From: an uncultured bacterium
Lineage (GTDB): Bacteria > Patescibacteriota > Minisyncoccia > Phycocordibacterales > GWA1-40-21
Reading direction: 5' to 3'
Assembly: GCA_903831595.1 (NCBI GenBank)
Contig: CAIKXY010000004.1
Location: 7,152 to 71,151, forward strand
DNA length: 64,000 nt
A program made the translations under genes and the position numbers. Below, piece after piece: positions 9,822-20,302 of the stretch. The number at the start of each line of letters is the position of its first letter. Position 1 is the first letter of the stretch. Under the pieces are notes generated by a model, which had not been told where the DNA came from, made no database searches, and saw only the letters and a list, made by a program, of their open reading frames with translations.

Positions 9822-10310
9822 ATGCAAGAAATAAAAACGGTCTTAAAAAATTCAAAAGTAAGATTAGCAATATGCATTTTTGTTAGTGTTTTTTTCGCTC
9901 TTATAATCTTTCAAGCTGGAGTTTTTGTTGGTTTTAAAAAAGCAAGTTTTTCTTTTAGGACAGGTGAACAATGCTTTCGCCAAGTGAACGGCAGGTTAAA
10001 CGGAGCATTTGTGGGAATTGGAAAGGATGATTTTCCAAATTCACATGGTGCAATTGGTAAAATACTTTCAATTAAACTTCCTATAATTGTAGTTTCTGAT
10101 AGAGATAATGTTGAAAAAACAATAATTGTTGGTACAAGTACTGATATAAGACAGATGAGAAATCAATTGGGTGCAAAAGATTTAAGAGTTAATGATTTTA
10201 TTACTGTAATTGGTGAACCAAATACAAATGCTGAAATAGAAGCTAAACTTATAAGATTGATGCCTACACCAGAAATTTTACTAAATAATAGTACAAGTAC
10301 AATTAAATAA
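9822..10310 (+). CDS. Membrane-anchored hypothetical protein (DUF5666-like OB fold)
   Basis: N-terminal TM; G.I..I....I.V......EKTI.V...T.I....DL.V.D.I.V.G......IEAKLIR pattern. Confidence 0.55.
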   Translation: MQEIKTVLKNSKVRLAICIFVSVFFALIIFQAGVFVGFKKASFSFRTGEQCFRQVNGRLNGAFVGIGKDDFPNSHGAIGKILSIKLPIIVVSDRDNVEKTIIVGTSTDIRQMRNQLGAKDLRVNDFITVIGEPNTNAEIEAKLIRLMPTPEILLNNSTSTIK

Positions 10311-10312
10311 AT

Positions 10313-12232
10313 ATGAAAAACTTTACTAAAAAAATAATAATATTTACAAAATTACACAAGTTTTGGTCAGCTATAATTAGTATTGCAATAATTTTTGTAT
10401 TATATTTTTTATACACAATAATTTTCCCTGCAAGCACAACTGTTCAATATACTTTTAGTCGAGTAAAAAAGGGGGACTTAGTTATAAGCGTTGCTGGTTC
10501 TGGACAAGTTTCAACTCTTAGTAAAGTTTCTATCAAACCAAACACGACTGGCCAAACTCAAACGCTAGGTCAAATTATTTCTGTAAAAGTTCAAAATGGA
10601 GATTCTGTAAAAGCCGGACAAATTGTGGCTATTCTTGATGGGAAAAACGCTTTACAAACATTAAATCAGGCAAAAGCGAGCGTTACAAGCGCGCAGGCTA
10701 GTTACGATAAACTTGTTAATGGTCTCACCGATTTTCAATTATTATCACTAAATAATGCCTTAACATCTGCTCAAATATCATTAGATAATACTAAACAAAA
10801 TATTTTAATTAAACTAAAAAATGCATATACATTAGCAGCAAACAGTGTATATTTAAATACTGATCAATTTATTATTGATTCTTCGAGTAACAATCCGAAT
10901 ATTTTTGTCGAAGGAGTAAATTTTACAGATCAACAATTACAAAATAATGTTAACCAAGGTAGATATAATATTGGCTCTATTTTAGATAATTGGAAAAAAA
11001 TTATTGATTCTCAGTCAACTTCAGATAATTTGGTTTTAAATTTAAATACTGCAATATCAAATTTAAATGTTATTAGAAGTTACTTTGATGATATGACAAT
11101 GTTGTTTGGGGTGAATAGTGTTGGTTTAGATTTAGCTTCCCAATCAGCTATTGATTCTGATAAAAATTTATCAGCAAGTGCAAGAAGCGCGATGGATTCA
11201 TCAATTAGTGACTTAACTTCAGTACTTCAATCATATAATAGTGCTATATTTTCTCTACAACAAGCAAAAGATAATTTAGCAATCCAACAAAAACCACCTT
11301 TAGCAGATGATTTGGCCGTATCACAAGCCAACCTTGATAATGCAAAAGCAAATTTGTCTAACGCACAAACAGCTTATGATAGCAGAATTATTACTGCACC
11401 ATTTGATGGGCAAATTGGTGGGCTCACTGCAAGTATAGGACAACAAGTTTCATCATCAGACTCATTAGCCACACTTATTACTGCTGAAAAAGTTGTTAAT
11501 GTTACGCTTAATGAAGTTGATGCAGCAAAAGTATCTGCTGGAAATCCTGTAAATATAACTTTTGATTCACTACCAAACGTCTCACTTACTGGAAGCGTAA
11601 GTTACATTGACCCACTTGGCACAGTAACACAGGGAGTTGTTAGTTATTCTGTACAAATAAAAATGGATTCACAAAATGATCAAATTAAAACAGGAATGAC
11701 TGCAACTGTAAGTATAGTCACTACCACACACGCTAATACACTAATCATTCCAAATTCTGCAATAACTACTACTGGTGGCAAAAAATATGTTCTTGTGGCT
11801 GATACTTCTTCATCAACAATGCCAAACTTTAGTGGAAACTTTAACAATGGTTCATCAACAGACGCATTTAGTACTTCATCAAGAAGATATTTTGCTTCAT
11901 CTACTTTTGCATCTTCAGTGGGAACAAGCACAGGAAGACAGTTTAGAAATAGTGCAAGTAGTTCAAGATCATCCCAAGGAATTACAATGCAATTCCCAGT
12001 TACACAGGTTGAGATAACTACAGGTCTTTCAAACAATACAACCACTGAAGTACTTTCAGGACTAAATGAAGGACAATTGGTTGTTACAAAAAAGACAACG
12101 GTTAGTGGAACTACAACAAAAACAACAGCTTCGACTGCAACAACAAATACCAGGGGTGGATTTGGCGGAGGGTTTGGTGGCGGTGCAGCAGGTGCAGTGG
12201 GTGGACTCGGTAGAACTCTCGGCGGAAACTAA
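10313..12232 (+). CDS. MacA/HlyD-like membrane fusion (adaptor) protein with Ser/Thr/Gly-rich tail
   Basis: V.NGD.VK.GQ lipoyl half, I.APFDG, EVDAAKV..G, IKTGMTA, EVLSGLNEG; long alpha-hairpin. Confidence 0.85.
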   Translation: MKNFTKKIIIFTKLHKFWSAIISIAIIFVLYFLYTIIFPASTTVQYTFSRVKKGDLVISVAGSGQVSTLSKVSIKPNTTGQTQTLGQIISVKVQNGDSVKAGQIVAILDGKNALQTLNQAKASVTSAQASYDKLVNGLTDFQLLSLNNALTSAQISLDNTKQNILIKLKNAYTLAANSVYLNTDQFIIDSSSNNPNIFVEGVNFTDQQLQNNVNQGRYNIGSILDNWKKIIDSQSTSDNLVLNLNTAISNLNVIRSYFDDMTMLFGVNSVGLDLASQSAIDSDKNLSASARSAMDSSISDLTSVLQSYNSAIFSLQQAKDNLAIQQKPPLADDLAVSQANLDNAKANLSNAQTAYDSRIITAPFDGQIGGLTASIGQQVSSSDSLATLITAEKVVNVTLNEVDAAKVSAGNPVNITFDSLPNVSLTGSVSYIDPLGTVTQGVVSYSVQIKMDSQNDQIKTGMTATVSIVTTTHANTLIIPNSAITTTGGKKYVLVADTSSSTMPNFSGNFNNGSSTDAFSTSSRRYFASSTFASSVGTSTGRQFRNSASSSRSSQGITMQFPVTQVEITTGLSNNTTTEVLSGLNEGQLVVTKKTTVSGTTTKTTASTATTNTRGGFGGGFGGGAAGAVGGLGRTLGGN

Positions 12233-12244
12233 AACACATTAAAG

Positions 12245-12946
12245 ATGATTGAATGCAAAAATATTAAAAAAACTTATATAAATGGGGAAGCAGAAACTCA
12301 AGCTCTTAAAGGTGTCACTTTCACAATTAAAGATGGGGAATTTGTCGCCATTATGGGTCCATCTGGTTCAGGTAAGTCAACGCTGATGCATATTCTTGGT
12401 GCTCTTGATACACCAACTGGTGGACAATATTTTCTTGATGGTGAAGATGTTTCAAAACTTACAGATGATGAACTTGCTGATATCCGAGGGAATAAAATAG
12501 GTTTTGTTTTTCAATCATTTAATCTTTTACCTAGGTCAGAAGTCATACGAAATGTAATTTTACCTTTAGTATATTTAAAAGTTCCACCAGAGGAAAGAGA
12601 AAAAAGAGCAAAAGAGGCATTAGCATCTGCTGGCCTTGAAGAAAATAGATGGCATCATCTTTCAAATCAGCTTTCCGGAGGGCAAATTCAACGTGTTGCC
12701 ATAGCGCGTGCGCTTGTAAATGACCCTTCACTTATTATGGCGGACGAACCAACTGGAAATCTTGATACGAGAACTGGTGAAATTGTTTTGAAAACATTTC
12801 AAGATTTAAATAAAAAAGAAGGACACACAATTATTCTTATTACGCATGAACTCGACGTTGCAGAACACGCCGACAGAATTATTCATATCAGAGATGGATT
12901 AATTGTAAGTGATGAGATAAATAAAAATAAAAGAATTGTAAATTAA
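12245..12946 (+). CDS. MacB/LolD-type ABC ATP-binding protein
   Basis: GPSGSGKST, GFVFQSFNLL, LSGGQ.QRVAIARAL, ADEPTGNLD. Confidence 0.92.
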   Translation: MIECKNIKKTYINGEAETQALKGVTFTIKDGEFVAIMGPSGSGKSTLMHILGALDTPTGGQYFLDGEDVSKLTDDELADIRGNKIGFVFQSFNLLPRSEVIRNVILPLVYLKVPPEEREKRAKEALASAGLEENRWHHLSNQLSGGQIQRVAIARALVNDPSLIMADEPTGNLDTRTGEIVLKTFQDLNKKEGHTIILITHELDVAEHADRIIHIRDGLIVSDEINKNKRIVN

Positions 12947-12950
12947 ACGT

Positions 12951-14174
12951 ATGACAATAAATGATATTTTAAAAGAAACTTCATCAGGATTATTATCGAA
13001 CAAAGTTCGTACAGGCCTTACTATGCTTGGTATTGTCATTGGTATTGCTTCTGTAATTGCTATGCTTGGTATTGGTAATGGCGCAACAAATTCTATTCAA
13101 GCAAGAATTGAATCTATTGGTGCAAACCTTGTTGTCATTTCTCCTGGAGCTCCGAGCACACCTGGAAGCCAGGTTAGAGCAAGTAGAGGTTCAGCAAACA
13201 CATTAACTATGGCTGATGTTGCAGCGCTAGAAAGTGGAATCACAAGTGCAAAAGCAGTTGCGCCGTCTGTCACATCAAGGTTACAAGTTGTGGCTGGGGG
13301 CATGAATACTAACACTTCTATTATTGGAACTACGCCAGCTTATACAGACATAAGAGATGTTAAGATTGACTCAGGAACTTTTTTTTCTGAAGACCAAGTT
13401 ACACAACTTGCAAGAGTTGCAGTATTAGGACCAACTACGAGAGATGATTTGTTTGGTACAGGTGTTGATACCATCGGCCAAAGTATAAGAATAAATGGAA
13501 ATATTTTTACAGTGATAGGGATAACTGTGGCAAAAGGCGGCTCAGGTGGAAATAGCACAGATGATGTTGTTTATATTCCAATTACAGTCGCTCAACAATT
13601 TTTCACCGGTAATCAATATGTTTCTTCTATAAATATTTCCGCACAAACTTCTGACCTTGTTACTGATGTTCAAAATCAGGCAACAGATATTTTACTTGCA
13701 AGACATAATATTACAGACCCAACAAAAGCAGATTTTAGCACAATGAATCAGTCAGATATGCTTGCAACTGCCTCTTCTATCACAGGGACTATGACAGCAC
13801 TTTTAGCTGCCATAGCTGGCATATCTTTACTCGTCGGAGGAATTGGTATTATGAATATGATGCTCACAACCGTGACAGAAAGGACACGGGAAATTGGTTT
13901 GAGAAAAGCTGTTGGTGCAAAAAAAAGAGATATCAGAGTACAATTTTTAACAGAATCAGTAATGCTGACAGCTATCGGTGGAATAATTGGGATTATTTTT
14001 GGTATTGGTATTGCCTGGGTAATAACTCTGACAGGGCTTCTTACTGCACAAGTCTCAGTAATGTCTGTGATATTATCTTTCGGGGTTTCAGCAATAATTG
14101 GGATTATTTTTGGATATTATCCAGCGGCACGAGCTTCAGATTTAAATCCTATTGATGCATTAAGGTATGAATAA
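12951..14174 (+). CDS. MacB/FtsX-family ABC permease
   Basis: RT.LTMLGIVIGI, GGIGIMNMML..VTERTREIGLRKAVGA, YPA.RAS.L.PIDALRYE. Confidence 0.92.
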   Translation: MTINDILKETSSGLLSNKVRTGLTMLGIVIGIASVIAMLGIGNGATNSIQARIESIGANLVVISPGAPSTPGSQVRASRGSANTLTMADVAALESGITSAKAVAPSVTSRLQVVAGGMNTNTSIIGTTPAYTDIRDVKIDSGTFFSEDQVTQLARVAVLGPTTRDDLFGTGVDTIGQSIRINGNIFTVIGITVAKGGSGGNSTDDVVYIPITVAQQFFTGNQYVSSINISAQTSDLVTDVQNQATDILLARHNITDPTKADFSTMNQSDMLATASSITGTMTALLAAIAGISLLVGGIGIMNMMLTTVTERTREIGLRKAVGAKKRDIRVQFLTESVMLTAIGGIIGIIFGIGIAWVITLTGLLTAQVSVMSVILSFGVSAIIGIIFGYYPAARASDLNPIDALRYE

Positions 14175-14213
14175 CGCTAGCAAAATATTTGTAATATCTA
14201 TATAATTACAAAT

Positions 14214-14597
14214 ATGAATGATAATAAAATTACAAAAAAATTTTCAATAATTCAGAGAGCAAAAAGTTTTGTTCATGCGGGGAGGGGGTTATATGTTTTT
14301 TTTAAATCAACACATAACGCTTGGGTGCATGTTTGTATTTTTCTACTCATAATAATTGCTTCAATATTTTTTAAAATTACAAAAACTGAATGGATTTTAG
14401 TGTTGATTGTTTCTTCGATTGTTTTTATTTCAGAGGCATTTAACACTGCAATAGAAATTGACATGGATTTAACGTCTCCAACCTATCATCCATACGCAAA
14501 AGACACAAAAGATGTGGCTGCGGGTGCTGTACTATTAGCTTCGGTATTGGCTGTTGTTGTGGGTTTAATAATTTTTGTTCCATACGTATTTAACTAG
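14214..14597 (+). CDS. dgkA: Diacylglycerol/undecaprenol kinase family protein
   Basis: E.FNTAIE, KD.AAGAVL motifs, three TM segments. Confidence 0.85.
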   Translation: MNDNKITKKFSIIQRAKSFVHAGRGLYVFFKSTHNAWVHVCIFLLIIIASIFFKITKTEWILVLIVSSIVFISEAFNTAIEIDMDLTSPTYHPYAKDTKDVAAGAVLLASVLAVVVGLIIFVPYVFN

Positions 14598-14621
14598 TTA
14601 TCATTGAAAATATATAATAAC

Positions 14622-14650
14622 TTGACAGTCTTTCATATATAGACTATAAT
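14622..14650 (+). promoter_or_regulatory. Consensus sigma70 promoter of the RRM gene
   Basis: TTGACA-N17-TATAAT, perfect match. Confidence 0.85.
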
Positions 14651-14748
14651 TGTTGCAATTAAGAAGTAAGTTGATTTTTGTAAGGATTAGTCGTCTTTCG
14701 TTTCAAGTGATATCTTAAGGTTTATTAAGTGCGAGTAATATATAAAGA

Positions 14749-15015
14749 ATGAAGAAATTATATGTAGGTGGTGTTTCTTATAGCACTACAGAGCAAGGTT
14801 TATCAGACGCTTTTTCTAAAGCAGGAGAAGTTGCATCAGTTGCTATCATCATGGACAAAATGACAGGTAGATCAAAAGGATTCGGATTTGTTGAAATGAC
14901 AACCGAGGAAGGTGCAAAAGCAGCTATAGAAATGTGGAATGGTAAAGAACTTGATGGTAGAAAATTGACCGTCAACGAAGCAAGACCAAGAGAAGAAAGA
15001 CCAGCAAGATACTAA
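14749..15015 (+). CDS. RNA-binding protein (single RRM)
   Basis: RNP2 LYVGG, RNP1 KGFGFVEM, VNEARPRE. Confidence 0.95.
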   Translation: MKKLYVGGVSYSTTEQGLSDAFSKAGEVASVAIIMDKMTGRSKGFGFVEMTTEEGAKAAIEMWNGKELDGRKLTVNEARPREERPARY

Positions 15016-15030
15016 TCTCAAAAACTTCAA

Positions 15031-15059
15031 AAAAAGACCCGCTAACTGTGGGTCTTTTT
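15031..15059 (+). terminator. Intrinsic terminator
   Basis: AAAAAGACCCGC-taact-GTGGGTCTTTTT. Confidence 0.8.
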
Positions 15060-15090
15060 GTTTGCATAAAAATTTTGTATAATGAGTTTA

Positions 15091-15546
15091 ATGAAAAATA
15101 AAGTAAGTATAATTTTAATTTGCATTTTAGTTGTAATGGGAATTTGTTTTTTATATTTGTATCAAAAAAACTGCAATAATAATTTGCCAAATTCTATAAA
15201 TGGAAATGGTGTAATAGTCGGTGGTGACAGAGATGTTCATGGATGTATTGGAAGTGCTGGATATTCTTGGTGCCAAATTAAAAATAAATGTCTAAGAATT
15301 TGGGAGGAGAAATGCGACTCGATTGTAGTAAGTCCAGCAACAACCACTAAAAATATAGAGAGCTTATGCCAACAGAAAAATGGTTTATATTTTCCTACTG
15401 AGAAGATATGTGAGGTAAATCAGCTATCAAAAACACAATGTTTATCTCAAAATGGCCAATTTAATGAGTGTGCGTCTGCTTGTAGACATGATCCGAAGGC
15501 TGAAATATGCACTATGCAGTGTGTCTTAACCTGTACATTTAAATAA
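15091..15546 (+). CDS. Cys-rich secreted/membrane-anchored protein
   Basis: Signal anchor; GGDRDVHGCIGSAGYSWC motif and C-terminal CASACRH...CTMQCV..C. Start 15091 lies 7 nt after TATAAT. Confidence 0.7.
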   Translation: MKNKVSIILICILVVMGICFLYLYQKNCNNNLPNSINGNGVIVGGDRDVHGCIGSAGYSWCQIKNKCLRIWEEKCDSIVVSPATTTKNIESLCQQKNGLYFPTEKICEVNQLSKTQCLSQNGQFNECASACRHDPKAEICTMQCVLTCTFK

Positions 15547-15547
15547 T

Positions 15548-16762
15548 ATGTATAAACCATCAAAAAAGATTTTAGAAAATTATGCAAATGTATTGGTAAA
15601 TTTTGCACTCGGTAGAGGAAAGGGAATTAAGAAAGGCGATGTCGTCCATCTTGTTGTGGATGAAATTGCAAAACCATTATATATCGAATTAAGAAAAGCA
15701 ATATGGAAAGCTGGTGGCCATGTTATTTCAGATTATCGTCCATCAAATGATACTGAATACAACATAGATCAAGATTTTTATCTTCACACAGAGGGCCATC
15801 AGATTGAATTTTTTCCTTCGAAATATTTAAAAGGAATTGTTGATGAGGTAGATCATTCTCTGCATATTCTTAGTGATACAGATTTAAAATCATTACAAAA
15901 TATTGATTCAAAAAAAATTATTACAAGAACTAAAATATTCAAACCTTACAAAGAATGGCGAAATCAAAAAGAGAATGCAGGAAAATTTACTTGGACAATC
16001 GCTTTGTATGGTACGGAGGCTTTAGCTAAAGAAGCTAGAATGTCTGAAAAGGAATACTGGAAGCAAATTATTAATGCGTGTTTTTTGAATGAAAAGAATC
16101 CAATTAAAAAATGGAGGTATATAGCAAATAATATAAAAAAATATATAAAAAAACTGAATAATCTACAAATTGAAAAAGTGCATATCAAAGGGGATGATGT
16201 TGATTTATATATTACAATTGGAGAAAAAAGACAGTGGCTTGGAGGACGTGGGGCAAATATTCCAAGTTTTGAGATTTTCACTTCTCCCGATTGGAGAGGC
16301 ACAAATGGTTTTATAAAATTTAATCAACCACTTTATACAAATGGAAATCTTATAGAAGGAATTGAACTTGAATTTAAAGACGGAATAGTTGTAAGAAGTA
16401 AAGCAAAGAAAAACGAAAAACTATTAAAAGAAATTATTTCCACTGAAGGTGCAAATATGATTGGAGAATTTTCTATGACAGACAAAAGATTCTCTAAAAT
16501 AACAAAGTTTATGGCAGAAACGCTTTACGATGAAAATGTTGGTGGTAAATATGGAAATTGTCACATTGCCATTGGTAGCTCATACCATGAATGTTTTAAA
16601 GGTAATTTAAGTAAAATTTCTAAAAATGCATTGAAAAACCTAGGTTTTAACGAGTCAATTATACATTCTGACATAATAACGACGACTGACAGAACCATAA
16701 CTGCATACCTAAAACATGGAAAAAAGACTGTTATTTTTAAAAATGGCCAGTTTTGCATATAA
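15548..16762 (+). CDS. Aminopeptidase, M29 (AmpS/AmpT) family
   Basis: NIPSFEIFTSP, GEF, TLYDEN.G, HIAIGSSY, N.S.IHSD. Confidence 0.9.
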   Translation: MYKPSKKILENYANVLVNFALGRGKGIKKGDVVHLVVDEIAKPLYIELRKAIWKAGGHVISDYRPSNDTEYNIDQDFYLHTEGHQIEFFPSKYLKGIVDEVDHSLHILSDTDLKSLQNIDSKKIITRTKIFKPYKEWRNQKENAGKFTWTIALYGTEALAKEARMSEKEYWKQIINACFLNEKNPIKKWRYIANNIKKYIKKLNNLQIEKVHIKGDDVDLYITIGEKRQWLGGRGANIPSFEIFTSPDWRGTNGFIKFNQPLYTNGNLIEGIELEFKDGIVVRSKAKKNEKLLKEIISTEGANMIGEFSMTDKRFSKITKFMAETLYDENVGGKYGNCHIAIGSSYHECFKGNLSKISKNALKNLGFNESIIHSDIITTTDRTITAYLKHGKKTVIFKNGQFCI

Positions 16763-17056
16763 ATAGGCTTGACTCTCAAACGATAATAGATTATATTATG
16801 AGTAACTTTAAATAGAATGTGTTGCGGGCGTAAAGTGCCATATTAGGCTAGGTTAAGTTGCTAAAAATCTTGCTTAGAAAAATAAGATAAAATTTAAGAG
16901 GAATAAAGAAACCTTTGTGGATAGGGTTGTCTTTTTTTTATTAAATTTTTGGTCAGGTTATAAACATTTAAACTTGACAATCGCAATTATTTTTTTGTGC
17001 GAGAAACAACTTCTTCAGTTTAATTTTATTAATTATTATTAATTTTAAATAACAGA

Positions 17057-20000
17057 ATGAAAAAACCCGCAAATATTTTGGCAGATGGAGTACTCGGAGG
17101 TGAACTGAAAAAAAAATATTTCAGTAAATACAAAAAGCCTCTTATAGATATGCCAAATTTGGTAGACCACCAAATGAAGTCATACAAATGGCTTTTGAAA
17201 GAAGGTATTGGTGAAATTTTTAAAGAATTTTCTCCAATTAAAGATTACGCTGACAAAAAGTTTGAATTGTCTTTTACAGGATTTGAAGTAAGTCCTGCAA
17301 AGTATGACGAGTTTCAATCAAAAGAAAAGAAAATTTCTTACGAAGGTCAACTCAAAGCAAAAGTTAAACTAAAGAATAAAACCGTTGCTTCTGAAAATGA
17401 ACAAGAAATATTCTTGTCAGAAATTCCACTTATGACAGACCACGGCACCTTTATTATAAACGGTGTTGAAAGAGTTGTTATTCCACAACTCGCAAGATCT
17501 TATGGTATCTTTTTTACATTAAATGATTCCAAAGGTAAGAACTTGTTTGGTGCCAAAATACTACCATCAAGAGGAGCTTGGATTGAAATTGAATCAGAAT
17601 CAGACGGTGCTATATATGTAAAAATCGATAAGAAGAGAAAATTTGCGATTTCCTCACTTCTTAGAGTTTTTGGTGCAAAAACAGATAAAGAAATTTGTGC
17701 ACTATTTAAAGACAATGAAGAATATCTAAAAGTTATTGAAACAACCATTCTAAAAGATCATGCCAAAACACAAGATGATTCTTATATAGAAATTTATAAA
17801 AGATTGAGAGACGGAGACCTAGCTGCACTTGAAAACGCAAAAGAATATGTTAACTCAATTTTTAATGCAGACAGATACGATATTTCAAAAGTTGGTAGAG
17901 CAAAATTCAACAAGAGATTTAATTTACCTATGGATGAAAAAACTCTTGAGAAAAAACATATTACTTTGGAAGATTTAGTTATTGTTGCAAAGAAAATTGT
18001 TGATTTGAACAACGACCCAGAAGCTCATGAAGATGATATCGACCACTTAGGTTCAAGAAGAGTTCGTTTCGTAGGAGAACTTCTTCAACAAAAAGTCCGT
18101 GTTGGTATGGCACAAATGAAAAGAAACATTCAAGACAGAATGTCTACTGTAGACCCTGACATAAAAATGCCAGTGCAGTTTATTTCTGCAAGACCACTTC
18201 AAGCAAGAATTAAAGAGTTTTTTGCTACCGGCCAAATGTCTCAGTTTATGCAACAGACAAACATTCTTGAAGAGCTTGAACACTTGAGAACTTTATCAGC
18301 TCTAGGTCCTGGAGGTTTAACAAGAGAAAGAGCAGGATTTGAAGTCCGCGACGTACACCCATCACACTATGGAAGAGTTTGTCCTATTCACACGCCAGAA
18401 GGTCAGAACATCGGTCTTATTTTGAGACTTTCAACATATGCAAAAATAAATGATTTTGGAATGATTGAAACTCCATATGCAAAAGTAAAAAATGGAGTTA
18501 TAACAAATGAAATAAAATATTTTAACGCAGTTGAAGAAGAAAACCATAAAATTGCTCACGGTGCTACCGCATATGATGACAACGGGAAAATTACTGAGAA
18601 AGAAGTTGAGGTACGTGTAAACGGTGAACCAAAACTTGTTAAAAGAGAAGAGGTGGACCTTATAGACGTTTCCGCAAATCAAGCATTTTCTGTTGCAACA
18701 TCTATGATGCCATTCTTAAACCACGACGATGCATCAAGAGCTTTGATGGGAACAAACATGCAAAAACAAGCTGTCCCTTGTATTATTCCAGAAGCACCAC
18801 TTGTCGCTACTGGTATTGAAGCAACAGCTGCTAGATATACAGGTAGAGTTGTTTATTCTGAAGAAGAAGGAACAGTTACTGCAGTTGACGCACAAAAAAT
18901 AATTGTTAAATCTTCTAAGACAGGAAAAGAAAAAGAATATAGATTAATTTCATTTTCAAGAACAAACGGATTTACTCCATTCCACCAGAGACCAAGTGTT
19001 ACTTTAGGACAAAAAGTTAAGAAAAATGAATTGCTAGCTGACACCTCATCTACAGTAAATGGGGAAATGGCTATCGGTCAAAACGCACTTGTCGCATTTA
19101 TGACTTGGAGCGGTTCAAACTATGAAGACGCAATTATTCTTTCTGAAAGATTGGTAAAAAATAGCAAATTCTCATCAGTTCACATTGAACCATTCGTAGT
19201 AAATGTTCGCGATACAAAACTTGGACCAGAAATTACTACTCATGATATTCCAAATGTTGGAGAAACGAAATTAAAAAATCTTGATGAAGATGGAATCATT
19301 AGAATTGGAGCAGAAGTTGGTCCAGGAGATATTCTTGTAGGTAAAATTACACCAAAAGGAGAAACACAACTTACACCAGAAGAAAGACTTCTAAGATCAA
19401 TCTTCGGTGAAAAAGCTCGTGATGTAAAAGATACTTCAAAGAGGCTTGAGTCTGGAAAGAGAGGAAGAGTCATTTCAGTAAAAATATTCTCAAGAGAAAA
19501 TGGAGACAAGCTTGAATCAAGTATCATAAAGAGTATCCACATTGAAATTGCACAATTAAGAAATATTTCTGTTGGAGACAAACTTGCAGGAAGACACGGA
19601 AACAAAGGTGTCATCTCAAGAATATTACCAGTTGAAGATATGCCATACATGGCAGACGGTACACCTGTTGACGTAATTCTTACACCACTTGGAGTTCCAA
19701 GCCGTATGAACCTTGGACAGATTCTTGAACTTCACCTGGGACTTGCCGCAAATACATTAAATTATCAGGCAATTGTTCCTCCATTTATGGGAGCATCCGA
19801 TAAAGAAATTAAGGAAGAATTAGTCAAAGCCGGATACAACGAAAACGGAAAGATGAAACTCTTTGATGGAAGAAATGGCTTGGCATTCGAACAAGACATT
19901 GCTGTCGGTTATATGTATATCTTGAAACTTCACCACGAAGTTGAAGATAAGATTCACATGAGATCTATTGGACCTTACTCAATGATTACTCAGCAACCTT

Positions 20001-20272
20001 TAGGAGGAAGAGCACAAGGAGGAGGACAGAGATTTGGAGAAATGGAGGTGTGGGCACTTCTTGGTTACGGCGCTGCATACACACTTCGTGAAATGCTTAC
20101 AATAAAATCTGACGATATTATAGGAAGATCATCAGCATTCGATTCTATTGTTAAAGGAGAGAGAATTAAATCACCAAACTTGCCAGCATCATTCAACGTA
20201 TTATTAAACAGCTTGAGAGGTCTTGCACTTAACGTCGAACTCAAGAATGAGAAATTAGAAGATGAAAGATAA
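17057..20272 (+). CDS. rpoB: RNA polymerase beta subunit
   Basis: GTFIINGVERV, RDVHPSHYGR, GDKLAGRHGNKG, GGQRFGEMEVWAL. Confidence 0.99.
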   Translation: MKKPANILADGVLGGELKKKYFSKYKKPLIDMPNLVDHQMKSYKWLLKEGIGEIFKEFSPIKDYADKKFELSFTGFEVSPAKYDEFQSKEKKISYEGQLKAKVKLKNKTVASENEQEIFLSEIPLMTDHGTFIINGVERVVIPQLARSYGIFFTLNDSKGKNLFGAKILPSRGAWIEIESESDGAIYVKIDKKRKFAISSLLRVFGAKTDKEICALFKDNEEYLKVIETTILKDHAKTQDDSYIEIYKRLRDGDLAALENAKEYVNSIFNADRYDISKVGRAKFNKRFNLPMDEKTLEKKHITLEDLVIVAKKIVDLNNDPEAHEDDIDHLGSRRVRFVGELLQQKVRVGMAQMKRNIQDRMSTVDPDIKMPVQFISARPLQARIKEFFATGQMSQFMQQTNILEELEHLRTLSALGPGGLTRERAGFEVRDVHPSHYGRVCPIHTPEGQNIGLILRLSTYAKINDFGMIETPYAKVKNGVITNEIKYFNAVEEENHKIAHGATAYDDNGKITEKEVEVRVNGEPKLVKREEVDLIDVSANQAFSVATSMMPFLNHDDASRALMGTNMQKQAVPCIIPEAPLVATGIEATAARYTGRVVYSEEEGTVTAVDAQKIIVKSSKTGKEKEYRLISFSRTNGFTPFHQRPSVTLGQKVKKNELLADTSSTVNGEMAIGQNALVAFMTWSGSNYEDAIILSERLVKNSKFSSVHIEPFVVNVRDTKLGPEITTHDIPNVGETKLKNLDEDGIIRIGAEVGPGDILVGKITPKGETQLTPEERLLRSIFGEKARDVKDTSKRLESGKRGRVISVKIFSRENGDKLESSIIKSIHIEIAQLRNISVGDKLAGRHGNKGVISRILPVEDMPYMADGTPVDVILTPLGVPSRMNLGQILELHLGLAANTLNYQAIVPPFMGASDKEIKEELVKAGYNENGKMKLFDGRNGLAFEQDIAVGYMYILKLHHEVEDKIHMRSIGPYSMITQQPLGGRAQGGGQRFGEMEVWALLGYGAAYTLREMLTIKSDDIIGRSSAFDSIVKGERIKSPNLPASFNVLLNSLRGLALNVELKNEKLEDER

Positions 20273-20302
20273 TCTGATAAAAATAACTAACAAAACAAAC
20301 AT

